Below, piece by piece: positions 10,707 to 20,383 of a DNA stretch of 64,000 nucleotides; within the stretch, counting starts at the first letter, position 1; the number at the start of each line of letters is the position of its first letter. This DNA is from an uncultured Gammaproteobacteria bacterium (GTDB lineage Bacteria; Patescibacteriota; Microgenomatia; UBA8517; JACQJR01). The stretch spans positions 19,842-83,841 of the forward strand of contig CAYTZB010000003.1 in the NCBI GenBank assembly GCA_964442455.1. The letters are read 5' to 3'. Made by a program: the position numbers and the translations under genes. The notes below the pieces were generated by a model. That model had not been told where the DNA came from. It did not search any database and saw only the letters and a program-made list of their open reading frames with translations.

Positions 10707-11629
10707 TGAAACAATTTAATCGACATGAGTTGAAAAGATTGTATCGTCCACATACTGCTTCAGCAAACGAGGACAACGGGCAGGTGACGATTATTGGGGG
10801 ATCTAGCTTGTTCCATGGGGCACCGATTTTGGCCTTGAAAGTAGCCAGTAGAATCGTTGACATGGTCTTTTTTGCAACACCTGAGTCGAGTGTCGGGAAG
10901 GTTGCAGAACAGCTAAAATCCCAGCTTTCCTCATTTATTTGGATTCCGTGGGATGAAGTTGACGCATATATTGAAAAATCGGATGCGGTTCTTATTGGGC
11001 CGGGGATGATGAGATACCACAAAGAAGTTAAAAGTGCCCTGCCCACAGATGCTACGCATCAAGTGTTGCAGGCGGGAAAGTTCAAAAATCAAAGTTTAGA
11101 TGGGGCAGGAAAGAAGACAAGAGAGATTACCGAAAGACTTTTAAAACAGTTTCCCCACAAACAGTGGGTGATTGATGCGGGGAGTCTTCAAACGATGGAT
11201 GTTGCTTGGATTCCGGAGAATGCGATTTTGACACCGAATAAAAAGGAATTCGAAATGCTTTTTGAAGCTAATTTAGCTAACCAGCCAACTAGTGAATTAG
11301 TTGAAAAGATGGCTAAAAGGTATAACTGCTTTATTGTCTTAAAGGGTGAGACAACGATTGTGTGTCCGCCAGCTGGCGGATGTGTGGGGATAACGGGTGG
11401 CAATCCTGGACTAACAAAAGGTGGGACAGGAGATGTTCAAGCAGGATTAACTGTTGCGTTAGCTGCAAAAAACGAACCGTTCCTGGCTGCCTCATCTACA
11501 GCATGGATTATCAAAAAGGCAGCAGACGAGCTTTACGAGCGTGTGGGTATTGTCTATAACGCAGACGATGTGGCTGATGAGATACCGGTTATTTTTTCTC
11601 TCCAATCACTTTCGAAAGTTGATAAGTGA
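10706..11629 (+). CDS. nnrD: ADP-dependent NAD(P)H-hydrate dehydratase (YjeF C-terminal domain)
   Basis: GGSSLFHGAPILA and GGNPGLTKGGTGDVQAGL motifs of the carbohydrate-kinase YjeF_C family. Confidence 0.7.
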   Translation: MKQFNRHELKRLYRPHTASANEDNGQVTIIGGSSLFHGAPILALKVASRIVDMVFFATPESSVGKVAEQLKSQLSSFIWIPWDEVDAYIEKSDAVLIGPGMMRYHKEVKSALPTDATHQVLQAGKFKNQSLDGAGKKTREITERLLKQFPHKQWVIDAGSLQTMDVAWIPENAILTPNKKEFEMLFEANLANQPTSELVEKMAKRYNCFIVLKGETTIVCPPAGGCVGITGGNPGLTKGGTGDVQAGLTVALAAKNEPFLAASSTAWIIKKAADELYERVGIVYNADDVADEIPVIFSLQSLSKVDK

Positions 11630-11819
11630 TAGTGACGGCAAGTAGTGTAACAATGACGGCATAAATAAGTTTTGAAAGGACCGTTGAGCCACCACCAACA
11701 AGGGGTTTGATATACGTATCGATTGTTTCCTGGATAAACTCATTCCATGCAAGCGCGGCGACAAATCCAAACCCGCTGGTTGCGAGGGTCAACATTTGTT
11801 TAAGAATTTCTCTCGGCAT
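11589..11819 (-). CDS. small membrane protein (2 TM), hypothetical
   Basis: 76 aa with two hydrophobic helices. Convergent overlap with the nnrD 3' end. Confidence 0.3.
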   Translation of the reverse strand: MPREILKQMLTLATSGFGFVAALAWNEFIQETIDTYIKPLVGGGSTVLSKLIYAVIVTLLAVTITYQLSKVIGEKK

Positions 11820-11895
11820 GGTTCGGCAAGCACTTCGGCCATGAGCTCAGTGCTGAATGGCTCACCACAGTTGTGCTACTATATCAGTGTAGCAT

Positions 11896-12954
11896 ATGTA
11901 CGAACCCAAATATACCATCACGAACGAGATTCTTAAAAATATTGGAATCGTTGAGGCATGTCGAGAGGTAATTGAGAACGCACCTCTTATCCCCAGTTAC
12001 GAGAAGAAATTCCAAGATGATGCGGCACTACGCACTGTCTATCACGGGACGCACCTAGAAGGGAATGATCTAACCTTCACCCAAGCACAACGAGTACTGG
12101 AAGGAGAACAAATTGTGGCACGCGAGAGGGATATTCAAGAGGTAATTAACTATCGCAATGTCATGCGTTTTTTAGATACCATAACCCGCCCGCTCACGTA
12201 CACCATTGACTTACTCTGTCGCTTACATACGTTAACGATTGAACGACTATTGCCACCGGAGAGTGTGGGTGCCATTCGTCAGACTCAAGTCGTGGTGAAA
12301 GATGCTGCAACAGGAGAAGTAACGTTTCGTCCTCCCTCCAGCGTTGAGGTACCGTTTCTACTTGATGATTTTTTCAACTGGCTTAACTCTAAAGAGGGGA
12401 GAGATGTACATCCGGTGTTGCGCGCAGGCATTACTCACTATGTGCTCGTTGCCATTCATCCATTCGTTGAAGGAAACGGGCGTGCTTCGCGCTCATTTGC
12501 AACATTGGTCCTTTTTGCCGAAGGATATGATATTAAGCGGCTTTTTTCTCTTGAAGAATATTTTGATAAAGATGCCGCGGCATACTACGAGGTATTACAG
12601 AAAGTGTCTTCGGAGTCGCGAGACTTAGCCGAGCGTGATCTCACCCCTTGGATTACCTATTTTACAAGCGGATTGGCAGCTGAGCTTGAGAAAGTGAAAG
12701 AGCAGGTGCGTCGTATATCTGCTGATTTGCAGATTAAGCGGCGCGTTGGTCATCAAGTTGCGCTTAGTGAGCGGCAATTAAAAATCATGGAATATCTGAA
12801 TGCTCATGGGAATATTCAAATGAAATATGCCAAAAAGCTCATTCCCATGGTGTCGGAGGACACTATCCTTCGTGAATTTCAAGACCTTGTGAGACAGGGT
12901 ATAATTAAGAAGGAAAGCCATGGCCGAGGGTCGACGTATAAAATTAAAACTTAA
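11896..12954 (+). CDS. Fic family protein (AMPylation-type active site) with C-terminal winged-helix
   Basis: Canonical Fic motif HPFVEGNGRASR (HxFx[DE]GNGRxxR). N-terminal HLEGN inhibitory-like segment. C-terminal HTH-like region. Confidence 0.85.
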   Translation: MYEPKYTITNEILKNIGIVEACREVIENAPLIPSYEKKFQDDAALRTVYHGTHLEGNDLTFTQAQRVLEGEQIVARERDIQEVINYRNVMRFLDTITRPLTYTIDLLCRLHTLTIERLLPPESVGAIRQTQVVVKDAATGEVTFRPPSSVEVPFLLDDFFNWLNSKEGRDVHPVLRAGITHYVLVAIHPFVEGNGRASRSFATLVLFAEGYDIKRLFSLEEYFDKDAAAYYEVLQKVSSESRDLAERDLTPWITYFTSGLAAELEKVKEQVRRISADLQIKRRVGHQVALSERQLKIMEYLNAHGNIQMKYAKKLIPMVSEDTILREFQDLVRQGIIKKESHGRGSTYKIKT

Positions 12955-12956
12955 GA

Positions 12957-13157
12957 ATGAGCACAACTGACCCACAATTTTTCTATATGATACTGGTCCT
13001 GCCGACACTTTTTGGGTTGACTTTGGTTGGGGAAGGATTGACAAAAATTTTTCGTGAAGAAAACGGAGGTTGGATGTCAGTAATATTTGGATTTTTGTTC
13101 ATTGGAGTGGTTGTGTTTGCTTTTTTCTTTTTCTCTACCCTCACACCGAAACCCTGA
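12957..13157 (+). CDS. small membrane protein, hypothetical
   Basis: 66 aa with two hydrophobic helices. Abuts the fic stop. Confidence 0.2.
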   Translation: MSTTDPQFFYMILVLPTLFGLTLVGEGLTKIFREENGGWMSVIFGFLFIGVVVFAFFFFSTLTPKP

Positions 13158-13203
13158 GAGGGTGCTTTCAGCATAATTGTCTAAACTCTAATCAAATGTT
13201 ACA

Positions 13204-15000
13204 ATGGGCGTGGAAACGTACATGACCTTTCGAGAGCTTTCCAACTATCTAGAAAAGCTTGAAAAAACTACCTCAAGAAATGAGATAACAAGGATTCTTG
13301 CTGAGTTATTCAAAAAGACTCCGGCAACAGAAATAGATAAAGTCTGTTACCTCCTCCTTGGAGAGCTTGTTCCGGCCTATAAGGGGATTGAGTTTAATTT
13401 GGCAGAGCGGATGATGGTGAGGATTCTTGCTCGGGCTTATGGTGTGGAACCAGGAAAAGTGGCAGCGATGTACAAAAAGAGTGGTGATCTGGGAGATGTG
13501 GCTACCGCCTTGGCGGCAAATTCGAAGCACGAAGCACGAAATTCGAAACTATCTGTTCCTGAGGTGTATGACCGACTTATGGAAATTGCAACAGAAGGGG
13601 GAGCAGGGAGTCAGGGGAGGAAAATTACGAAGATGGCAAAGTTACTTTTGGAATTAGATTCCATTTCTGCTAAGTTTGTAGCAAGAATTCCAGTTGGAAG
13701 ACTGCGTCTCGGTTTTTCAGACGTCACCATACTTGATGCGTTGTCGGTGATGGAAAAAGGAGACAAGTCTGCCCGACCACAGATTGAGCAGGCGTACAAT
13801 GTAACAGCCGACATCGGAATGATTGCTCAACACGTTAAGAAGGGAGGAATAGGCTCACTTTCTCGAGTAAAAGCACAGCCAGGTATTCCCATACGGCCCT
13901 CTCTTGCCGAACGACTACCCACGGCAGAAAAGATTATTGAAAAGGTAGGCCCAAAAGTAGGGGTTGAGCCAAAGTTGGATGGATTTCGGACAACCATTCA
14001 TATTTGGTATGAAGGAGGTAAAAAACAAGTGGCAACGTTTTCGCGCAATCTTGAGAATACAACGCACATGTTTCCAGAAATCATAGCGGCGGCACGAAAA
14101 CTTCCTGTCAGAAGCGTTATTTTGGATGGAGAAACAATTGGATACAATCCAAAAACTGGTAAGTTCTTACCGTTTCAAGAAACAGTGCAACGCAAACGGA
14201 AGCATGGTATTGAAGAGGCAGCAAAGAAACTCCCACTTCGTGTTTTTGTATTTGATATTTTATATCTTAATGGTCGTGACCTTCTGTCAGTTCCGTTTAT
14301 TAAACGACGCGAGATCTTAGAGAAGACACTTAAAGTGCATCAAGATGGAGTAAAGTTGGTCGTGCAGAGAATAACCTCTGATGTCGCGGTTGTTAAAGAA
14401 GAATTTAAGAAAAATATTACTGCAGGGCTCGAGGGAATTGTTGCGAAAAAGTTAGATAGTCCTTATCGTGCAGGAAGCAGAGGGTTTGAATGGATAAAAC
14501 TCAAAGGTGGTTCAGGCGCACTTGAGCAACTGCGAGCAGGAGGAAAAGGAGGACTCTTAGACACGGTTGATTGTGTCGTGATGGGTGCATACAGAGGGCG
14601 TGGGAAGCGAGCCTCTTTTGGTGTTGGAGGATTTTTGTTGGGTGTCAGAGAGGGAGACCAATACTTTACGATTTCAAGACTTGGTACTGGGCTTTCTGAT
14701 GAACAGTTCAGGGAGGCCAATAAACGTATAGAAAAATTAAAGGTTAAAGAACAGCCGAAAGAATACGTGGTAGTCAAAGAGGCCACTCCTGATATTTGGG
14801 CAAAACCTTCGCTTGTTGTTGAAATTTTGGCAGATGAGATAACCCTTTCTCCACGCCATACTGCCGGGAATAAAAGTGGACGTGGGTACTCTTTGCGTTT
14901 TCCACGCTTAGTAAGATTTAGAGATGATAAGAATGCGCAAGATGCTACTTCTGTTAAGGAAATTGAATCGATGTATAAAAGCCAAAAAACAAAAGGATAA
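13204..15000 (+). CDS. ATP-dependent DNA ligase (archaeal/eukaryotic-type)
   Basis: Adenylation motif I KLDGFR. EGIVAKK-type motif. Length about 598 aa. The N-terminal DNA-binding domain contains an in-frame repeat-derived segment NSKHEARNSK. Confidence 0.8.
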   Translation: MGVETYMTFRELSNYLEKLEKTTSRNEITRILAELFKKTPATEIDKVCYLLLGELVPAYKGIEFNLAERMMVRILARAYGVEPGKVAAMYKKSGDLGDVATALAANSKHEARNSKLSVPEVYDRLMEIATEGGAGSQGRKITKMAKLLLELDSISAKFVARIPVGRLRLGFSDVTILDALSVMEKGDKSARPQIEQAYNVTADIGMIAQHVKKGGIGSLSRVKAQPGIPIRPSLAERLPTAEKIIEKVGPKVGVEPKLDGFRTTIHIWYEGGKKQVATFSRNLENTTHMFPEIIAAARKLPVRSVILDGETIGYNPKTGKFLPFQETVQRKRKHGIEEAAKKLPLRVFVFDILYLNGRDLLSVPFIKRREILEKTLKVHQDGVKLVVQRITSDVAVVKEEFKKNITAGLEGIVAKKLDSPYRAGSRGFEWIKLKGGSGALEQLRAGGKGGLLDTVDCVVMGAYRGRGKRASFGVGGFLLGVREGDQYFTISRLGTGLSDEQFREANKRIEKLKVKEQPKEYVVVKEATPDIWAKPSLVVEILADEITLSPRHTAGNKSGRGYSLRFPRLVRFRDDKNAQDATSVKEIESMYKSQKTKG

Positions 15001-15150
15001 AAACCCAGAGGACCCGCCTAATCTTACTTTGCGCCTTTTGCAGTATTATTCATACACGGCGCAAATAGCGATTTATCGGCGGGCAAGTGCAACGACGGTT
15101 AGGGAGATAGAGAGTATGTATCAACAGCAAGGGAAAAGTAAATTTCCTTC

Positions 15151-15420
15151 TTGACAGAAAGAATTCGATACATTGTAATAGGAGGTGGGCATAGCCCATT
15201 TTTTATTGGAAATATGGATACTGAACGACGAAATGGTCAACAAAGACAGGAAATACTTCGTCGTGTCATGGACGGTAAAGTAGCTCCTGATGACACTTCA
15301 CAGCTTATGAGGAGTGTCGAAGCAGGATGGCGGGCAGAAGGAGAGTTGTTTGAAGGCCAGCCTCATGATGTAGAAATAGTGCAACAACAGCGTCTTGATT
15401 CTCAAGAAACACCCCGTTAA
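15151..15420 (+). CDS. hypothetical protein
   Basis: 89-aa ORF only. It follows a duplicated ligase 3' segment. Confidence 0.15.
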   Translation: MTERIRYIVIGGGHSPFFIGNMDTERRNGQQRQEILRRVMDGKVAPDDTSQLMRSVEAGWRAEGELFEGQPHDVEIVQQQRLDSQETPR

Positions 15421-15460
15421 GTACGCTTCTTTAATGATTGTTTAATGCTATGATTAGTTA

Positions 15461-16858
15461 ATGAATCTTGCTGCGCATACCGTTGAGCACATGCCTCCTC
15501 CTCCACGGTTTCGTGCTCTTCTCGGGCCAAGTTTCATTCTCCTTGGGTTAGGGCTAGGGAGTGGAGAACTAATTCTTTGGCCCTTTCTTACCTCGAATTA
15601 CGGTATGGGAATTATCTGGGGAGCGGTTTTAGGAATCACCATGCAGTTTTTTATCAACATGGAGATTGAACGCTACTCCTTGGTTCGAGGAGAAAGTATT
15701 TTTGTGGGTTTTGCCAGAAAACTTTCGGGGCTACCCTTTTGGTTTATATTCTCAACCTTTATTGGTTTTGGCTGGCCGGGAATTGTGGGTGCTTCAGCCA
15801 AATTGGTGGGTAATGTGTTTGGAATTGATGAGTCGCATTACGTTGCCATGGGTATGTTGGTTCTTATGGGGTTGATTTTAACATTGGGCCCCGTTCTTTA
15901 TAAAACAGTCGAGCGAGTTCAGATGGGGTTGATCGCAATTGGCGTACCAAGTATTTTTATTTTGGTGTTACTTTTAGCTGACCCAGTATCATGGGTTTCG
16001 TTCTTTAAAGGATTGGTAGGAGTGGGGGGTGGCTATTTTCTTCTACCCGAGGGATTACCAATTGCATCGTTCTTGGCTGCCTTTGCGTTTGCAGGTGCAG
16101 GAGGAAACCTTAATCTTGCGCAATCGTTCTATATTAAAGAGAAAGGGTATGGTATGGGGAGATTTAGTGGGAGGATTACGAGCATCCTGACAGGAAAGGT
16201 GGAGAATATAAAACTTGAAGGAGCGCGGTTTGAAATGGATAAGGAGAACTTGGGTCGTTTTAGAAAGTGGTGGGAGTTAATTAATAGAGAGCATTTACTG
16301 GTATTTTGGGCAACGGGTGCGTTTACTATTTCACTTTTGGGTCTTTTAGCATATGCAACAGTGTTTGGTAAAACAACACCAGCTGCCGGTATTAACTTTG
16401 TCTTGTATGAAGCAGCAGAGATTGGTCTCCAAACAGCCCCAATAATAGGGACAATTTTTTTGGTGCTTGGAGGAGTGATGCTTTTTGCAACGCAAATGAC
16501 AGTTCTCGATGCGACAAGTCGTGTTATGGCTGAAAACCTCTTGCTAATTCGAAGTCAGGTATGGAAGCCAAAGATACTTCCTAGTATTTATTATTCGTTT
16601 CTGTGGGCGCAGATTGTGTTTGGCGCAATTGTCTTTTTAACCAATCTTCGCGAGCCATTATTCCTCTTGACACTTGGAGCAGTAATTAACGCAGGAGCAA
16701 TGGCGGTTCACGTGGCGCTAACTTTATGGCTAAATATAACCTCTCTTGAGCGACAACTTCGTCCTTCTCTTTTGCGTCAAGGCGCTATGGTCGCTGCCTT
16801 TTTATTTTTGGGGTACTTTACCGCGAGGGTATTACTTGAGTCTGTTTTTAAGGTATAA
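15461..16858 (+). CDS. Nramp-like polytopic membrane transporter (putative divalent metal transporter)
   Basis: About 11 TM helices. N-terminal LLGPSFILLGLGLGSGELILWP...MQFFINMEIERYSL resembles the Nramp/MntH first-repeat signature, but distantly. Confidence 0.45.
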   Translation: MNLAAHTVEHMPPPPRFRALLGPSFILLGLGLGSGELILWPFLTSNYGMGIIWGAVLGITMQFFINMEIERYSLVRGESIFVGFARKLSGLPFWFIFSTFIGFGWPGIVGASAKLVGNVFGIDESHYVAMGMLVLMGLILTLGPVLYKTVERVQMGLIAIGVPSIFILVLLLADPVSWVSFFKGLVGVGGGYFLLPEGLPIASFLAAFAFAGAGGNLNLAQSFYIKEKGYGMGRFSGRITSILTGKVENIKLEGARFEMDKENLGRFRKWWELINREHLLVFWATGAFTISLLGLLAYATVFGKTTPAAGINFVLYEAAEIGLQTAPIIGTIFLVLGGVMLFATQMTVLDATSRVMAENLLLIRSQVWKPKILPSIYYSFLWAQIVFGAIVFLTNLREPLFLLTLGAVINAGAMAVHVALTLWLNITSLERQLRPSLLRQGAMVAAFLFLGYFTARVLLESVFKV

Positions 16859-16897
16859 AGGAGTTTTGTTGATAAGAAGGTATGGTACTATGAGACT

Positions 16898-19375
16898 ATG
16901 CCCTTCGACTCGGCTCAGAATAAACCCACTAAAGTACAAGGATTGACTTCCCAAGAAGCAAAACAAAGGCTTGCCAGGTTTGGTCCTAATATCCTTCCTG
17001 AGCGACCACCCCCATCAGATCTTGTTATTTTTATCTCACAAATCAGGAGCCCACTCGTGTATGTATTGCTTTTCGCAGCACTTGTTACCGCAACACTGGG
17101 GAAAATTGGCGATACAACAATTATCCTTACGGCAATTTTTATCAATACAGTACTTGGATTTTGGCAAGAAAGGCGCGCGAACCAAACCCTTGCATCACTT
17201 CGTCAATTGGTAGTACCACATGCAGTGGTCGCTCGAGACGGAAAACACAGGAAAATACCTCTTTCGGACGTTGTTCCAGGAGATATTGCACTACTTGCCC
17301 ATGGTGAGGGAGTACCCGCTGATGGAGAAATCACTGAGGCAGTAGATTTATTTGTTAATGAAGCGATACTCACAGGAGAGAGTAAACCCGCCCCCAAAAA
17401 GTTGGAAAGCGAGGTGTTTATGGGAACAGTGGTGGCAGGGGGTCGAGGAATAATGCGCGTTTCTGCTACTGGAGCCTCAACTGAAGTTGGAAAGATTGCG
17501 CAAGCTGTGAGTGGTCCTGCCGAACAAACTCCGCTGAAACGACAATTACATAGATTGTCCAAACAACTTGCCGCTCTTGTGGGTGTGTTGACAGTATTTG
17601 TGTTTACCTTTGGAGTACTCACCGGACGGCCATTGCTTGAAATGTTTTTAACCGCAGTGGCACTGGCAGTTTCCGCAATTCCTGAGGGACTTCTTATATC
17701 AACCACAGCAGTTCTTGCGATTGGCATGACAAAAATTCTTAAAAGAAGAGGTCTCGTACGGCGCCTCTTGGCAGCTGAGACATTGGGAGGAGTTACGGTT
17801 ATCTGCGTTGATAAAACAGGAACACTTACTGAAGGAATAATGCGTGTCGTGGGAACTGAGGGGGATAAGGAATGGTTGGTGAAAGCAACCGTACTGTGTA
17901 ACAACCTTCATGACCCGTTTGAGGTTGCACAGTTTACCTGGGCGGAAGAGAAAATAAAAACAGAAGGAGGGGATGCACAGCGCATTATTGAAACATATCC
18001 AAGAGTAGACGAGATTATATTCTCAAGCAGAGAGAAATATCAAGCTGTTCTTTGTCACGACACAGAAGCGAATAAACAAACGCTTTTTGTGATGGGGGCG
18101 CCAGAGGTGATACTTGAGAAATGCAAAATGTCGCGCCAGAACATTCTAGAATGGGAGCAACAGTTTAAGGAGTATGGAGGAAAGGGACACCGTATGGTGG
18201 GATTTGCGTATAAGGAGATTAACAGGAATCTTTCATCTCTTTCCACTAAAGAGGTAAGGGATCTTGTATGGATTGGAATTTTGCTTTTCGATGATCCTGT
18301 ACGAGCCGGTGTAAAAGAAGCATTGGAGGAAACACAGCAGGCAGGAGTTGAAGTCAAGGTGATAACAGGAGATTATCCCGATACCGCGCGTGCGGTATTG
18401 GACAAATTAGGGCTGAGGGTAGGTGATCACGAGATACTTTTAGGACCGGAGTTGGCTTCTATGGGAAGAGAAGAGCTTGAGAATCGTATCCCTAAAATAA
18501 TCCTCTTTGCTCGTACCACGCCTGAACAAAAACTAACAATTGTTGAGACACTCAAAGAACGCGGGGAAATTGTCGCGATGACCGGGGATGGTGTAAATGA
18601 TGCACCTGCACTCTCAAGAGCAGACATAGGCATTGTAGTAGGCGAAGCAAGTGAGGTTGCACGCGAATCGGCTGATTTAGTGCTTCTCGATTCGAATTTT
18701 TCAACAATTGTGGCGGCAATTGAGGAAGGGAGGGGGATTTTTGATAATCTTCGCAAGATCGTCGTTTATTTGCTGTCTGATGCATTCTCTGAAATTACGA
18801 CTGTGGTTGGTACGATTCTTCTTGCGTTTCCACTTCCTCTTACTGCTGCGCAAATACTCTGGATTAATTTAATCTCGGATGGATTTCCAAATCTTGCCTT
18901 AACAGTTGATCCTAAACGCCATGGGCTTATGAAAGAGTCTCCTCGCAATACACGAGAGCAGGTTGTGACGCGTACAATTGCGATCATCATTGGAACAGCA
19001 AGTGTATTTTCAGGAATTTTGGCATTGGTAGTGTTTGTATTCTTCTATACCACAACCAGAGATTTACACATTGCACGTTCTGTTGCATTCCTCACCCTGG
19101 GTGTTAATTCTCTCTTGTTTGTATTCTCAGTGAGAAACTTGGGGGAATTTATCTTAAGAGACGGGTGGTTAGCAAACCGGTGGTTAGTTGCGGCTGTTGG
19201 TGTTGGGTTTTTCCTCCAGGCACTTCCGTTTTACGTGCCACTCTTGCGAGAATTTTTTGGCGTTGAGCCCCTTAATATTGTTCATTGGGCGACCGCACTC
19301 GGTGCAGGAATTTTGGTGGTTTTCTTTATTGAGCTTTCAAAAGTATTATTTATTAAGAGAACAAACAATCCTTAA
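16898..19375 (+). CDS. P-type cation-transporting ATPase (P2-type, Ca2+/Mg2+-like)
   Basis: Phosphorylation motif DKTGTLT and hinge motif GDGVNDAPAL. 10-TM architecture. 825 aa. Confidence 0.85.
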   Translation: MPFDSAQNKPTKVQGLTSQEAKQRLARFGPNILPERPPPSDLVIFISQIRSPLVYVLLFAALVTATLGKIGDTTIILTAIFINTVLGFWQERRANQTLASLRQLVVPHAVVARDGKHRKIPLSDVVPGDIALLAHGEGVPADGEITEAVDLFVNEAILTGESKPAPKKLESEVFMGTVVAGGRGIMRVSATGASTEVGKIAQAVSGPAEQTPLKRQLHRLSKQLAALVGVLTVFVFTFGVLTGRPLLEMFLTAVALAVSAIPEGLLISTTAVLAIGMTKILKRRGLVRRLLAAETLGGVTVICVDKTGTLTEGIMRVVGTEGDKEWLVKATVLCNNLHDPFEVAQFTWAEEKIKTEGGDAQRIIETYPRVDEIIFSSREKYQAVLCHDTEANKQTLFVMGAPEVILEKCKMSRQNILEWEQQFKEYGGKGHRMVGFAYKEINRNLSSLSTKEVRDLVWIGILLFDDPVRAGVKEALEETQQAGVEVKVITGDYPDTARAVLDKLGLRVGDHEILLGPELASMGREELENRIPKIILFARTTPEQKLTIVETLKERGEIVAMTGDGVNDAPALSRADIGIVVGEASEVARESADLVLLDSNFSTIVAAIEEGRGIFDNLRKIVVYLLSDAFSEITTVVGTILLAFPLPLTAAQILWINLISDGFPNLALTVDPKRHGLMKESPRNTREQVVTRTIAIIIGTASVFSGILALVVFVFFYTTTRDLHIARSVAFLTLGVNSLLFVFSVRNLGEFILRDGWLANRWLVAAVGVGFFLQALPFYVPLLREFFGVEPLNIVHWATALGAGILVVFFIELSKVLFIKRTNNP

Positions 19376-19381
19376 GAGAAT

Positions 19382-20353
19382 ATGGCAATTCCTTTAGCAA
19401 TACTTATTTTTTTCTTCGTGTTCCTCCTTCTGCTTGGAGCGAATATGGTTGTTGCTGGGTTGCGTCACTTTTCTTCTACGTCAAAGACTTCTGTATTTAC
19501 CCTTTCAGCAATTCTTCTTGCGCTTGCAACATCGTTTCCAGAGCTTTTTGTTGCGTTGACATCAGGGCTTGAAGGAAGTTCAGAACTTTCATTGGGTAAT
19601 GTCTTGGGCGCTAATGTTACAAACCTTACCTTGGTGGCTGGGGGAGCAGCACTTCTTGCTGGTCGAGTGACGATGCAGGGTGCCTTTTTGCAGCGTGAAG
19701 CATGGTTTGCACTCATCGCAGGCGTAATTCCACTTGTGTTGTTATTGGATGGTGTTATATCTCGTGTTGATGGGATGATTCTTATTACTGTATGGGGAGC
19801 GTATGTTGCTCACTTCTTTCATATTCGTTTTGTACAAATTGCGCATAGACTTGTACAAGAGGGGTTTTGGTACAGATTCTTACATAGAGTTGAAGTGGAT
19901 GTTAATGGGGCGAGAAGAAAAGAGCTGGCTCGACTTTTGTTAGGGGTAGCACTGCTTCTTTTCTCAGCTGACGTCATTGTCCGGTTATCACTTTCTCTTG
20001 CAACAGACATTGGTATACCGATCTTTTTAGTAGGTGTTCTGGTCGTGGCACTTGGGACAACACTTCCTGAGCTTGCATTTTCGTTCCGCTCTCTTGCTGA
20101 TGGTGAACCACAGATGTTTTTAGGCAATATTTTGGGATCCCTTATTACGAATGCAACGCTTGTCGTAGGGGTAGCAGCGCTTCTTTCTCCTATTCGCGTT
20201 GAACTCACTCCAGTGTTAACGGTCGGCGCGGTTTTTGTTATAACGTATGCACTTTTTTGGTTTTTTATACGAACAAAGCAACGTCTTGATCGTTTTGAAG
20301 CTCTAGCTCTCGTGGTAGTGTATATTTTATTTGTGATTGTTATTCGCTCATGA
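19382..20353 (+). CDS. Ca2+/Na+ antiporter, CaCA family (YrbG-like)
   Basis: Two alpha-repeat signatures, GNVLGANVTNL and GNILGSLITNATLV. About 10 TM helices. Confidence 0.75.
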   Translation: MAIPLAILIFFFVFLLLLGANMVVAGLRHFSSTSKTSVFTLSAILLALATSFPELFVALTSGLEGSSELSLGNVLGANVTNLTLVAGGAALLAGRVTMQGAFLQREAWFALIAGVIPLVLLLDGVISRVDGMILITVWGAYVAHFFHIRFVQIAHRLVQEGFWYRFLHRVEVDVNGARRKELARLLLGVALLLFSADVIVRLSLSLATDIGIPIFLVGVLVVALGTTLPELAFSFRSLADGEPQMFLGNILGSLITNATLVVGVAALLSPIRVELTPVLTVGAVFVITYALFWFFIRTKQRLDRFEALALVVVYILFVIVIRS

Positions 20354-20383
20354 ACCTCAAAAGCGTGTTACAATTATCCTGCC

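Noticed and set aside
12344-12628. 94-aa ORF overlapping fic in another frame, and other 60-90-aa overlapping ORFs throughout
   Set aside because: Embedded in longer, motif-supported genes on the same or opposite strand. No independent support.
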